Source: Takakia lepidozioides
Taxonomy: Eukaryota; Plantae; Bryophyta
Assembly: GCA_030704615.1 (NCBI GenBank)
Contig: CM060733.1
Span: forward strand, 74,524,001-74,588,000
Reading direction: 5' to 3'
Length of the DNA: 64,000 nt
Shown here in pieces: positions 37,284 through 49,319 of this stretch. The position numbers and the translations under genes were made by a program. The notes beneath the pieces are model-generated. The model saw only the letters and a list, made by a program, of their open reading frames with translations. It did no database searches and had not been told where the DNA came from. Position 1 is the first letter of the stretch. Each line of letters opens with the position of its first letter.

Positions 37284-40200
37284 TCAAAGAGAAGTTGGCG
37301 GAGCTCCACGCGAGGTGTCCCGCTGTAGAAGGGTGTTCACTTCTCCATAGCCTAGTGTGGCTTGGTGGATGAATTGGTCTCTCTTACCGTTGCAACACAT
37401 AATCACAAGGTATATGTAATATTGATGCTTGCAGGGGACCCACTTCCCCCTCATGCCGAGAGCGCCCTCACGCATCGTTACAAAGTCCGGACAAGTGCAC
37501 GAAGGGAAATTCCCGACGGTAACCTGATATTCTTTGCCATGAAGAACTGACCCAATTGACAGCACTGTGTAAATCCGTCCATACCCCGGAGAAGGGACTT
37601 CGGTGATACGAGACACCCGAGCCTGCAAAATTCTAGCAGATTCCATCTTGCATTCGTGATCTGCACCCAAAGCGAAACGGCGCACTGTTTTTCCATCTCT
37701 TTTTGTTGGGTGGGAGTCGGCACAGGGTGGCGGCATTGCCGGAGCATGTGGCACATCTGTGCCGACAGTGCATGAGGGCACCACCCGGGACCGTGCAAGA
37801 CAGAACCCTCCCTCCTCCAGCATGCTTATCTCGGTTGATGACAGCGACGTCCCAATTTGCACAGGCCAAATTGCGGGGGGAGGGGGTTTCATTATCACTG
37901 AAGGACGAACTGTTCCCTTCACGCATCGTGCCATATCGTCTGGGCAGAACCAAAATTTGTGGTCCTTTGACTCCCCACTATGATAAGGTCGGAACAACCC
38001 TGTGAATGTTGGAGCTGGAGTCCCCCTGGAGCCTTTGCATATCTTTGATTTGCATTTCTTGAATGAGGGGGTCCGAATTGCCATGCAAGCCACTCTAGAT
38101 CCTGGTGGGGTGCGTTCTATATGCCACTCACTATCAATGCAATCGGATTCCTGCACCATGGCCACCGCCTCCTCCAATGGGATTCCCGCTGCTGTGCTTG
38201 TATGTTCTGCACGTGCTCCACTGGAGGAGGACCCACCTGGGAAGGGGCGGGCACACGACTCAGTCTGCAGTGGAGACACCTTTGGCACAGAGAAATTGAC
38301 CCTGTCTGGCCGATGGGAATCTCCATCTGACCCTGGAAGAGTGTTCAATTTCCTTTTGCATGATCCAAATCTTTCCTCGCCTTCCAAATGGGGGATCCTG
38401 GATTGTAGAGCGGACCCTTCAGTGCATCTGTTTAGAGCTCTGGCCATCTTTGACGGGACTCCGGACCTACTCGCAGCCCTTAGCATCAACAAAGTCGTAT
38501 CAGGGCCCTTGCCTCCACCCCGTCCCATCAGAAAATTGCGGTACCTGGTTTGTTGTGTAAGTGCACGCACCATGTCATCAGCAGTGGCCACATACAAGTC
38601 ACGACCTGCTTTGGTAGACTGCTGCATCCAGGCGTTGTGAACAGTCTCCGCCAAATTACAGGATGGCATGTCGGCCAAGTCCTCCAAGGACATGTCCTGC
38701 AGGAGGCATTGCATGGATATGTCAGGAACGAAAACAAATGGTAGAGGTTCTTCAAGTGACAATCGAAGAACCCCAAATGAACAGGCACGATGCAAAATTT
38801 CTGTTTTTGGGATTGAAGAGGCTTACCGTCGTCATGAAAGCTCCCCACTGTCTGTACCTGAAGTGCCAGAAAACCAACCAGTCCTCCAACTCCTTTACGT
38901 GGGTACCTGTTGCAGCACCAGAGGAGAACCACCAAGCCCGGATTGCCTGGTAAGTGCTCTCAGCTTCTCCCATTGAGGTGGCATTCTTGTACTTGAGACA
39001 GAGCCTTCTGTGCTCCAACTGCAGGTCAGGGCGAATGCAGCGCTTTGTATGACGTGCCAGAGATTGAGTCCAATGGAAGAGGCATGTGCGCTCCCTATTT
39101 TCCATTGGGACCTTAGGATCCCCCGAACCAAACACGCGTCGCACTGCATTGAAATTTGCCTGTGCACTATCAGCCATGAAGCCCGCAAAATTTGTGTTTT
39201 GTATTCCATTGCGCTGCATGACGGCCAAGAGCGAATTCCACATGAGCATTTGGGATTCAGTGTCCTCCGACTGCATATCACAAATTGCTATGGAGAGCAC
39301 ACGCTGGTACGCCGGATCATACACATGGCACGCCATGGTTGTCCAACCCTTCACCCGTTTGCAGTGATCAAACATTAACCAACATTTAGCCAAATCTCCT
39401 CCTGGTTGCATACGGCGGACAATGCTCACACCACTGCCTTCGCCCACAGCGGACATCTTGAACAAATACACCTTGGACGAGCCCTGGCCAGGGAAGATAC
39501 TGTTTTGAATGAATTCATAGCGACTCCTCCGTTTCAGGTCCATAATGTTGTCCATGAATCCAGCAGTGCCTGTGCCCATTCTGAGTGCATTCACCTGGTT
39601 TCGAATATTGGGAGAGCTCAACACGGAGAAATGGTCCATGACTGCATTAAGCGAATCTGCATCCAGCATAAGTTCTGTCGCATCCCCTTCACCCAGTATG
39701 TGTTTCTCCAGGAATGCCTTGCTAGCTGCAAGCGCTATAGCAGAAGGTGTTGCACAACGGGCATTGTGAAATTCCTGCTTCAGCAGATTTCTAGCGATGT
39801 CCACGCTATCCCTGCAACTTCCTTTGGACACAGGATGCTCGTGTGCACCCATATGAATGCAGGCACGAGTCATTGTCTTGCATTGGTGTGCCACCTGATA
39901 CATACGAGCGTGGCACACAGAAACACAGGACGGGGAAAGTTTGCAGAACCTGCACACGAAAGTATTGGTCCTGGGAGGGGCAAGCCCTGGGGTGAAAGGA
40001 TTCAGGGGCACACCTTCCCACTCACTTTTGTTTGGTTGAGCGCTATTTCTCAGGCGAGGGCAAGAAATATTCTGGCACTTACAATGCCCAACGCAGACTG
40101 ACCTCCGAAATTTCAAGCCAATGTCGTTATGGATGTTCGACGTTTTTGTCCTGCACCAAGGATGTCCGTCATGTTTCTTGTCCATGCCCTGTAAAAGCCC

Positions 40201-40848
40201 AGCCAGTCCAGTGGAAGAGGTGGGAGGGTTGAGCTCAAACAAGATGTCCCCATCAAACTGTGCTGGCACGTATTGAACCCCTTGCACAGGAAGGGACTCC
40301 CAGTCAACAAAACGCAGCTCGCTCTTGCACCCAGGCACACCTGCGAGGGCTTTCAATTTTGGAATGACACTCGTTATCTCTTGCAATTCGTCGTCATCCA
40401 ATGACGGAGTCTGCACTGGCGGAGGAATCTCAGAAACATCCTCCGAGGACGAGTCTGAAAGAGTCACGAAGGTAGTGGATGTGCTCACCTCTTGTTTCAC
40501 AGGAACTGTGCCCTTCTGTTGCACGACCGATGCTGCAGTGCCAGGGGTAACGACCGATCCTGCTGATTGTCTTCTCTCTTTTCCAAGGACACAGTATGTG
40601 CCTAGAAGGACTCTCCACTTCCTTCCACACTTGCCAACCAATGGTTTCTCCAAGTGCCCAAAATCCAAATTCCCATCCTCGTCATACACCTCTTTTTGAA
40701 CAAGGAGAGAACCCAACTCCAGCGGGAACACTGTAACCAGCTCATCCTCATGAACAACTGCAAACCCATCGTCGTCTGCAGTGGTAGTCAGTGGAAGAGT
40801 ACCTGCATTGGAATGGAATCGAGCAAGTGTATCTCGCTCCCTCGACAT
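37284..40848 (-). CDS. Mutator-like transposase, ~1140 aa, two exons (40848-38827, 38696-37284), apparently open
   Basis: GCM/WRKY-fold pattern DGHPW...CVGHCKC...C..C...GAHEHP; DDE triad WLMFD / FMAD / NLAE; CLFH (CxxH); SWIM CTCPDF...PCKH. Phase-0 GT-AG intron 38826-38697. Start codon and extreme C-terminus are uncertain. Confidence 0.88.
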
Positions 40849-41794
40849 GTTTTCCCTCACTGAACGAAAGTTGCGGAATCCTCGAACTGATAGCCCGCAA
40901 TTACCGAAAGGGGAATTAAGACAAGCAAACCGAGGTCAACAAGGCTAGCTCCAATCCAAAGGTTGCAGGTGATGCATGCAAAGGATGTAGGGATGAGATG
41001 CACCTTCACTTCGAAAACAGCAACGCCAAGAGGCACTAACCAGAAAAACTGTTTTCAAATACTACAAGAAGCCGTGCTGTTTATGGATGAAACAAACACT
41101 GAAAACGACATGAAACCATCCATTATGAAAAGACGGCAACAACCCTGGAGAGCAGTAAACAGGAAGACCACAAATGTCATGAGGTTGTGCTGTGCCAGAA
41201 GAGCACAGCACAAACACTGACACTGCAGAAGATACCTCGCACGAATGCGTGCCAGACATGGTCGTATCCGACAGAACCCTTTATGCCGAATGACCCCATG
41301 GCGACGGTAACGGTAAACTGCAAACCACAGGGTAGGCAGTACAACACACGTGGATGCATATGTGAAGCATAACAATTATTGCGGATCTGCAAGAACTGCT
41401 CGAAAATGAACTAGCATTAGATTTCTACGGCACATCCGAATTTGAAAGAAAGCAAGAAGGCCGCGGTGTATTGGCAGGCGGCGCAGTACATCTGACATAT
41501 ATCGCTAGTGCATGCAACGGATGTACTTTTTTTCTTGCGCTTTATTGCTTGGATAATACGGAGACGACGGAATGGATGAATTCCGTTCGCACACAATAAC
41601 AACACCCTCATCCAAATATGGTTGATAACGTCCAATTTTGATTTTGGTTACATGCCATAGCAGCACTTGTTACAAACGTCAAACTGGAGAGCTCTAGAGG
41701 CATCGTGGGGAGCCCTTGTTTCCAGCGTAGGAGGAAGAGAAGGAAGTCACTATACTTCACGAGCTCTAGAAACAAGAATAGAGCCAGAGATAGA

Positions 41795-44700
41795 ATGAGG
41801 ATGGAAAGAGTGGACGAAGAGGAAAAGGAGGTAGAAGAGGGAGTAGAGGAAAGTGTGGCGATGGAGGAGCAGGAATCAGCAGAAGAACAGCAGCCCGCCA
41901 TAGTTCCAAGGACAGATGAAGAGGACACCGCATCTGAGGGAGAGACAGACGAGATGGAAGAGGATGTTGAAGGTGGCCTCACGAGGAGTCTGCCTGCGGG
42001 AAAGAGGAAGGGGGAGAGGCTCACGTACACGCTCAGCGCAGAGAGCAGCCCGAAGCGCAAAGGGTCCCCGGCAATTGGGGAGTCTTCTGGAGCAGCCAAG
42101 AAAAAGGTGAAATTCTTAAGACCCACATTTCTGTTTCGTTGCTGATATGAATATAGCCCACACAGGACATCTGCACCACGCTGAAAGCATCGCAAACTGG
42201 AAGCCCAAACAGTGTGCGGCAACGCACACTGTTTGGGCCTACCAATTTGCTTGATTGTTCAGGTGCGAAACGCCCAAACTTGGGCACTACAGCAGGTTCA
42301 ACACAACCCAAATTGCAACCTCAAATAGTGTGAGTTGAGCTGAACATTTCACTGCTGTTTCCGTCTGGATATCGGTTTTCCAGGATATGTATGTCAGGAC
42401 GACAGAACCCTTCAGTGGCAGCTCAAACAGTGTGCGTTGGCGCACACTGTTTGAGCTCTACATGTCACGGTTTTTTCCGTGTCGAATTCGCCCTTTAGGG
42501 CACGTTTCTGATGATGGAATAACCATTCAGTGGCAGCTCAAACAATGTGCGTTGGCGCACACTGTTTGAGCTGAACATGTAAGTGTTTTTTTGGTGTTAA
42601 AATTTGGCATTTAGGGCACGTTTCTCAGGATGAAATAACCATTCAGTGGCAGCTCAAACAATGTGCGTTGGCGCACACTATTTGAGCTGTACATGTCACT
42701 GTTTTTTTGGTGTTAAATTCGGACTTCCAGGGCAGGTTTATGATGATGAAATAACCATTCAGTGGCAGCTCAAACAGTGTGCGTTGGCGCACACTGTTTG
42801 AGCTGTACATGTCACTGTTTTTTTGGTGTTAAATTCGGACTTCCAGGGCAGGTTTATGATGATGAAATAACCATTCAGTGGCAGCTCAAACAGTAAGCGT
42901 TGGCGCACACTGTTTGAGCTCTACATTTAAGTGTCCGGTTTAAATTCGGCATTTAGGGCACGTTTCTGAGGATGAAATATCTTGGAGTTTACAATGAACA
43001 CTTACCTGGCACAAGTAGATGTTCAATGATCATTTACATGGCAAGTGAAACAGTGTGCGTCAACGCACACTGTTTGAGCCCACTTTTACATTGTCTTTTT
43101 CTGTGGAATTCGGCAACATAGGACATGTCTGTGAGGGTCAATGTACACTTACCTGGCAACTTAAAATAGTGTGCGTCAACGCACACTCTTTGAGCCCACT
43201 TTTTCATGCCTCAGCCGTCGTTTCATGCCTCTCTAATATCAAGTTGAATGAACAACCCTGCAAGAGAAGATGCAAAGTGTGGCAGATGAGGTCCCTTCGG
43301 GTCAGGAGAAGGAGATAATTGTTGATGTGGACGATGAGTTCTATGAAAGCAAAGCCGCTGAGATGCTGGGGGGTCAGAAGGTAAACTCTTAGCTTGTGGT
43401 GCAAAGTATGCTTGCCCCGGGTGGGAGGTTGAAGATTCCCCTGTGTAGGTTGGTTTCCATGCCCGTCGTTCGTACACCCCTCGTCAAGGACATTCTCAAG
43501 CTGGAGGCCGAGTTTGTGCATGGGTATTTGGATGGATCCGCAGTCTTTTACGTTTCTACTAGGGATTCCAAAGGTAATGAGCTCCTCGTGGATCAGTCAA
43601 TCGTGGACTCCTGGGACCCCATTTGGAGACAGCTGAACGAATCCTTCGAACTTCTTCTCTCCAGGAAACCTTCCACCCAAGCATTCTCGGGAAAGATGTT
43701 TCACGTTTGGGATGGGAACCACCGCTTGCTTGCATGGATGGCTGTCATTGGGAGGCTGCACTCACAGGAGGAAGAGTGGCATTACTCTGTTCGATCGATG
43801 GTGCTGGATTGTGACGGGAACATGATGGGTCTTCTGACGGCAATGAATGATGTGAACAGGTTGGTTTCTCATTCTACATGTTCCACTTGTGGTTCCGTTC
43901 TTCTTTGATTGAAGACCTTGAATTTCATTCTGACTTGCAGATATCATTCTGCAGAGGAACGGAGACATCGCATGTCAAAACGAGTTTGGTTCACACACTG
44001 TATAGGATACAAAGGATAGGGCAGATGCCCTTGACCAACTTCAAGACCATCCTTTCAGCAGAGATGTACAAGAAGTGCGAAAGCTCCAAGACATCGGAAA
44101 CGTGGTACTCGTTGACCCGTGAGGCTTTCATGGAGTACATGTACACGGTGAGATACATCTTCCTTCATCTGGTCTTCCATATTCCACATGTTTGTTTCTG
44201 TTTGTTTCCCTTGACCTTGTGCTGATGCAACTCTCTTGCATTCCCTTGCAGCAAGACATTGCAGATGCAGGGGAGCGTGACAAACTGGAATACTACAGCT
44301 CTACCCCTGAGGAGAGAAGGACAGCAAAGGGGGTTGAGAGTCGCATCCAAAAAGAGATGACCGCTACAGAAGGACTATAATGAGTGCTTTCGTGAAGCAG
44401 TTGAGAATTGCCGACCCATCATTCGGACCGCAGTTTTTCCTGGAGATAAAAAACCATTATAACAAGCCAGACAAGCCAGAAATGGCCCAAGAGAAGTTGC
44501 ACAGGTTGTCTACCGCCGTTGTGTCTCTAGAACAAAAGGTGAAGTGGCTGCAGATATGGAACTCCGATCCCACAGTTAGGGATACCCACATGTTCCCAAG
44601 GCCGGAGAAAGAGAAGAAGACCCAGCGTGTCATTCCTGTCAGTGACAATGTGCTAGACACCTGGCTTCACAAGGCCACTTACTGGAGCCAGGTGTGATGT

Positions 44701-46990
44701 CCTTCCCTGTGTCACTGTCTTTTCTCTTTTCCTGTCCTTATCTTTCTATTGCCTCTTACATTCGCTGTGATTGCTTTTGGGTTCATTCTTGCATTTGTAT
44801 TGTTTTGCAGTTGGAAGAAAGGGCCAGATCGGTTATGCATACTCAGCTGGCTGACTATGGCATCAGTATGATAGCACCGAAGGTGTCCTTCGAAGCATAC
44901 ATGAGGAAATGGAGAGCCACAGTGTGGCACTCTTGTTTCTTTAGAGAGTTCAGCAAGGAGGGTGGCATCAGTCGAACAAATGAGCTGGACCAGCAAGAAA
45001 AAGGAGAGGAAGCCTGGAAACGATGCCTTTACAGGTGCACACTCTTGCACTACTTATTTGTGCTGTGGTTGCAATGTGTTGTGTGGCATACTGTTGAAGG
45101 GGGTCTTCCTGGTGTGATGGAAAAGTTGCCACACAATATTTCCATTGTAAAATGAGGCTGTCTCTGTTGCTGCAGGTACATAAAGTTTGTTCTCCTGGAA
45201 GAGAATTGCCTGGACAAACATCCGGATTTCGTGGACCTGTGGCTTGTCCCTGCTGGCAACCAGACCATGTTTACTACTGGGATCTTGCATGACTGGGGCC
45301 CAGACCATCTTTCTTCTTGTGGTTGGTATTTGGATTGCCCTCCTTCTGAGACCCCAGCTCCAGAGGTGTCTTTGAGGAGAGAGAATGACCGTATTGCAGC
45401 CACTGCCGCAGCAGCCGACCTCAACATTCATGAACGTAATTTGAGGACTCTTGCAGAGAAGGAGCCTCCCGCTCAGGATACCCCAGGTAGAGGAAGAAAG
45501 GCAAAGGGAAAATATGTTGCTGGTGTTGTTGGGAAGGGAAGGGGTAGAGGGAAGGTGGCACAAGGGCAGGGAAGTGTTGCAGATATTGGCCCTGTGGAGC
45601 ATGTCCAGCAGACTCCACCGCATGGTAGGGGATCCGGGAGAAAAAACAAGGGGGTGGTTGATCCCAAGGACCCGTACCATGCAGTGGAACATCCCACGAG
45701 GGTCATTCGCCCAACCAGGTTGGAGATGGCCAACGTCGGGTTCCTTGCCATGATGGAGTCGAAGAAATCTGATTACAAGGGCGAGCCATCACCTGTGTGG
45801 GATAGGATTGTGCAGTTCCTCAGCACGGTGCGTATTCTCTTTGGGTTCTGTGGCTTCTGTTGTTTTTGTCTGCTATGGGCATGGATTGTTTCAAACCTTT
45901 TGAGAATTCCATTGTATTTTTGTTTGCACGCTAAAATGACCAAATCCTGGGTGAACGGGAAGGAGAAGCCATATGCAGCCGAACTCATCATCTTGGACAT
46001 CCCTGATGGGTTGGCAGTCCCGGATATCCCTCCATCGGGTGCTTGTCCGGGTTGGAATGCTTTTGATGAGCGCTACTGGCGGTGGGTTTTCTCCTTTTGC
46101 AACTTCTTCCTGTCCGATGCAGGTGTTTTGGTGCTCATCCAGTCCATTGACGGTCGGTGTCGCCGTGCACTTTCCAGCTATTTGAAAGCCTCGGGCATGA
46201 GAGTCGTGAAGACATGGAATTGTGTGAACAGCATGTACCTTACGAAGGGGGATCGTCCGGGAGAGATGGTGAGTTTGCCTTCTTCTTCCTCTTCTTGGTT
46301 GTTCTCGGATGGGGTTGTATAGGTCACTCGAACTCATATGTAGGGGCCCGATTTTTTTTTGCTTCTTAGTTCCTTGTGGATGTCATGTTCGCAGACTCGT
46401 CTATTTGAAGCTGTTTGTCTCGTCCGGGTGCATCCACAAACGACTCCGGCCGGCATTACCGAGTTTGCCATCACTCATGGGGCCAAGTTCATAGATGACA
46501 GGACAGATCCCCCCACGGATGACATGCATCACAACTACGTCGACAGCAACATGTGCTTGCGAAGGAGGAATGGGGTTCCTTGGAGAGGGGCGAGGGAGAG
46601 GAGCCCGGCTTTCATTCAAACGATTGTGGAGTGCTGCACCTACACAGACGCCAGAGTTCTGGATTTGTCGATGGGCACAGGTTCGTCTCTTCAACATTCA
46701 CATTTCATGAGGTTTGATTGAGCTTGCACTTTCAGCACTTCCCACCGTTCCGAATGTGTCTTCAATGTCTTCTTCATTCATTCTATTCCACTGCAGGTGC
46801 TTCTTACCATGCTTGCAAGGCCAGTGCGCGACATCTCTTTGGGATTGAAGGGGATGCTGAGATTTACAAGAACCTCCTGATGGGTTTGGGTGGACACACT
46901 TCTCAAGTCCTTCCGAAGCCCCGTCCCGTTGATACTGATACAGAGGAGACTTCTGACAAGGAGCTGGACTCCGACTTTGCCTGTGAGTAA
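41795..46990 (+). pseudogene. ParB/Srx-like + beta-class amino DNA methyltransferase-like cargo gene A, copy 2 (~1080 aa consensus)
   Basis: Inferred exons 41795-42106, ~43264-43859, 43955-44147, 44252-44691, 44811-45034, 45176-45827, ~45930-46268, ~46395-46680 and 46797-46990, with compatible phases. This copy has two mutated acceptors, a CAG>TAG near 43390 and a frameshift near 44370. Confidence 0.78.
42410..42975. repeat. Intronic 116-bp palindrome array, ~5 units
   Basis: Same unit as 6780-8310. Confidence 0.95.
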
Positions 46991-47887
46991 GTTCAACCTT
47001 TGCATGCTTGCATTGTTGTTTCAATATCGAGAATCGCTGTTCTTGAGGCAAAGTGCACATTGGAGACATCCTCTTTGTTGGACTTGTGCATTGCATCATT
47101 GTGTTAAAAATGGGGTTTTGTGGACATGTGCAGGAGTCCGCGTGCTTCCACTTGCCCTCCAGGGCTATCACACCTATTTGGACTTGTTTGCAGTCCTCCT
47201 CGGTCTTGCGTGCTACCTGTCTATGCGGAGGCACTCGCAGCAAGCATGTCCGTTCATGGGACTCCGAGTCCACCTTACGACGGCCTTCGTAGAACACGTG
47301 GTGTTGGGGCCAGAATCTTTGTACATGACATAGCACAGGAGGTGGACACTGCTTGTGATGACTGCGACACTTGATATGAAGTTTTCTTTTGGTTTAATTC
47401 TGGGCCAAAATTTGAAATGGGATGGTTGTGTGTCCTTGTTGTCCTGTTTGCAATGTGTGCGTGGAATTCACATTCATGGTTACAAACTATTGTTGGAGAT
47501 GGGGGTTGCATGGACTGCCTGGATTGTTCCTTCAATCTATTTGGTGTTTTGTGGACCTCACAGACTTAAGTACATTGCGAAAACAAACAAACCACTTTGG
47601 TTCGTGTAGAGCATCCTCGCATCATTTGCTAGTTGGTCCCCAAACTATTCCTGCTAGAAGAATGGTTGGTGAATCCATCACGGTGAAGTCCACCTCATCA
47701 AAAACTGTTCAGGCATTCTCAATTCTACCCAAATCAACCCGCGGAAATAGGTGACACCACTCGGAAATAGGTGACATCCGCGGAAATAGGCACTGTTTGC
47801 ATGCTGACGTGGCGTGAGCCTGTGCTGGGCTCACGCTTTCCTGGGCTCACAGGCTCACGCCTCCGGGCTCACGGAATAGCACCCCCC

Positions 47888-47896
47888 AAAGGAAAC
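47888..47896 (+). repeat. 9-bp target site duplication AAAGGAAAC (right)
   Basis: Matches 36856-36864. Confidence 0.95.
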
Positions 47897-48314
47897 TCAC
47901 ACATTCACTCCATCCATGATGGACCTGAGGGAACCACGATTTTCAATGTCGGCATTGAGCACCCAACTTGTCACACAGACATGTCTTGACAAGTTGGCCC
48001 CATGAACTTCATTGATATAGGGATACCATGCTTGAAGCCTATGATTCCCATCCCAGACATGAAACATCTTCCCCTGAAGATGATGCAACTTTGGCTTGGA
48101 CTCAAGATACTTCTCAAACTCATCATTGACTATTTTCCAATGACTATCCCATGTAGAGATGATATCAGGACCCACATCTATAGTAGACCCATCAATCCTC
48201 TCAACAGAAACATAGAACACGGCTGCTCCTGGATGGCATCCAGAGTAGAAGTCTCCTCTAAGCTTTAGGATGTCGTTGGCAAGGGTGGGCCTAACAACCT
48301 GCATAGAAATCATG
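47897..48314 (-). pseudogene. Gene B ParB-like exon (continues at 36855 across the element A insertion)
   Basis: ORF 47897-48313 is nearly identical to 18389-18805 and contains FHVWDGNHR. Confidence 0.82.
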
Positions 48315-49274
48315 GGGGGCTGCTATTTCATGAGCGGCATGAGCATGAGCGGAAAAAAAAAAAGCATGAGCAGACCATTGTAAGTCCACGGAAATAGGGT
48401 TAGGAGGCACGAAAATAAGGTCATGTGAAGTTGGAATGTGGCACCAGTGGACTTGAAATGCAACATTTTATTGCATTTACTTGCCGAAAATGGCTAAGTC
48501 CCAGATCTGACTAGGCCCGGAACTGGAAAAATAACGCCGAATTTCCGATTTTGGTGCCAGTCAGATCTGGGACTTAGCCATTTTAGGCCCCGAACTAGAA
48601 AAATGACGTTTTTTTTATTTGTTTTTTTTTTCGGTGCCATTTTACCAGTTCGGGGCCGAAAATGGCTAAGTCCCAGATCTGACTGGGCCCGAAACTGGAA
48701 AAATGGCGCCGAATTTCCGATTTTGGTGCCAGCCACCCTAGGGACTTAGCCATTTTCGGCCCCGAACTGGAAAAATGGCGCCATTTTTCCAGTTCGGGCC
48801 CGAAAATGGCTAAGTCCCAGATCTGATAGGGCGCGGAACTGGAAAAATGGTGCCGAATTTCCAGTTGCGGTTCCAGCCATCGTAGGGACTTAGCCATTTT
48901 CGGGGCCCGGAACTGGAAAAATGGCGCCATTTTTCCATTGCTAAGTCCCAGATCTGACTGGGCCCCGAACTGGAAAAATGGCGCCATTTTTCCAGTTCGG
49001 GCCCGAAAATGGCTAAGTCCCAGATCTGATAGGGCGCGGAACTGGAAAAATGGTGCCGAATTTCCAGTTGCGGTTCCAGCCATCGTAGGGACTTAGCCAT
49101 ATTCGGGGCTCGGAACTGGAAAAATGGCGCCATTTTTCCATTTCGGGGCCGAAAATGGCTAAGTCCCAGATCTGACTAGGCCCCGAACTGGAAAAATGGC
49201 GCCGAATTTCCGATTTTGGGTGCCAGCCAGATCTGGGACTTAGCCGTTTTCGGCCCCGAACTGGAAAAATGGCC

Positions 49275-49319
<45 letters not shown>

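Larger units (their letters stand above)
36865..47887. mobile_element. Complete Mutator-like element A (11,023 bp)
   Basis: 9-bp TSD with empty site, degenerate ~43-bp TIRs built from CGTGAGC motifs, MULE transposase, and a divergent cargo gene. Confidence 0.95.
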
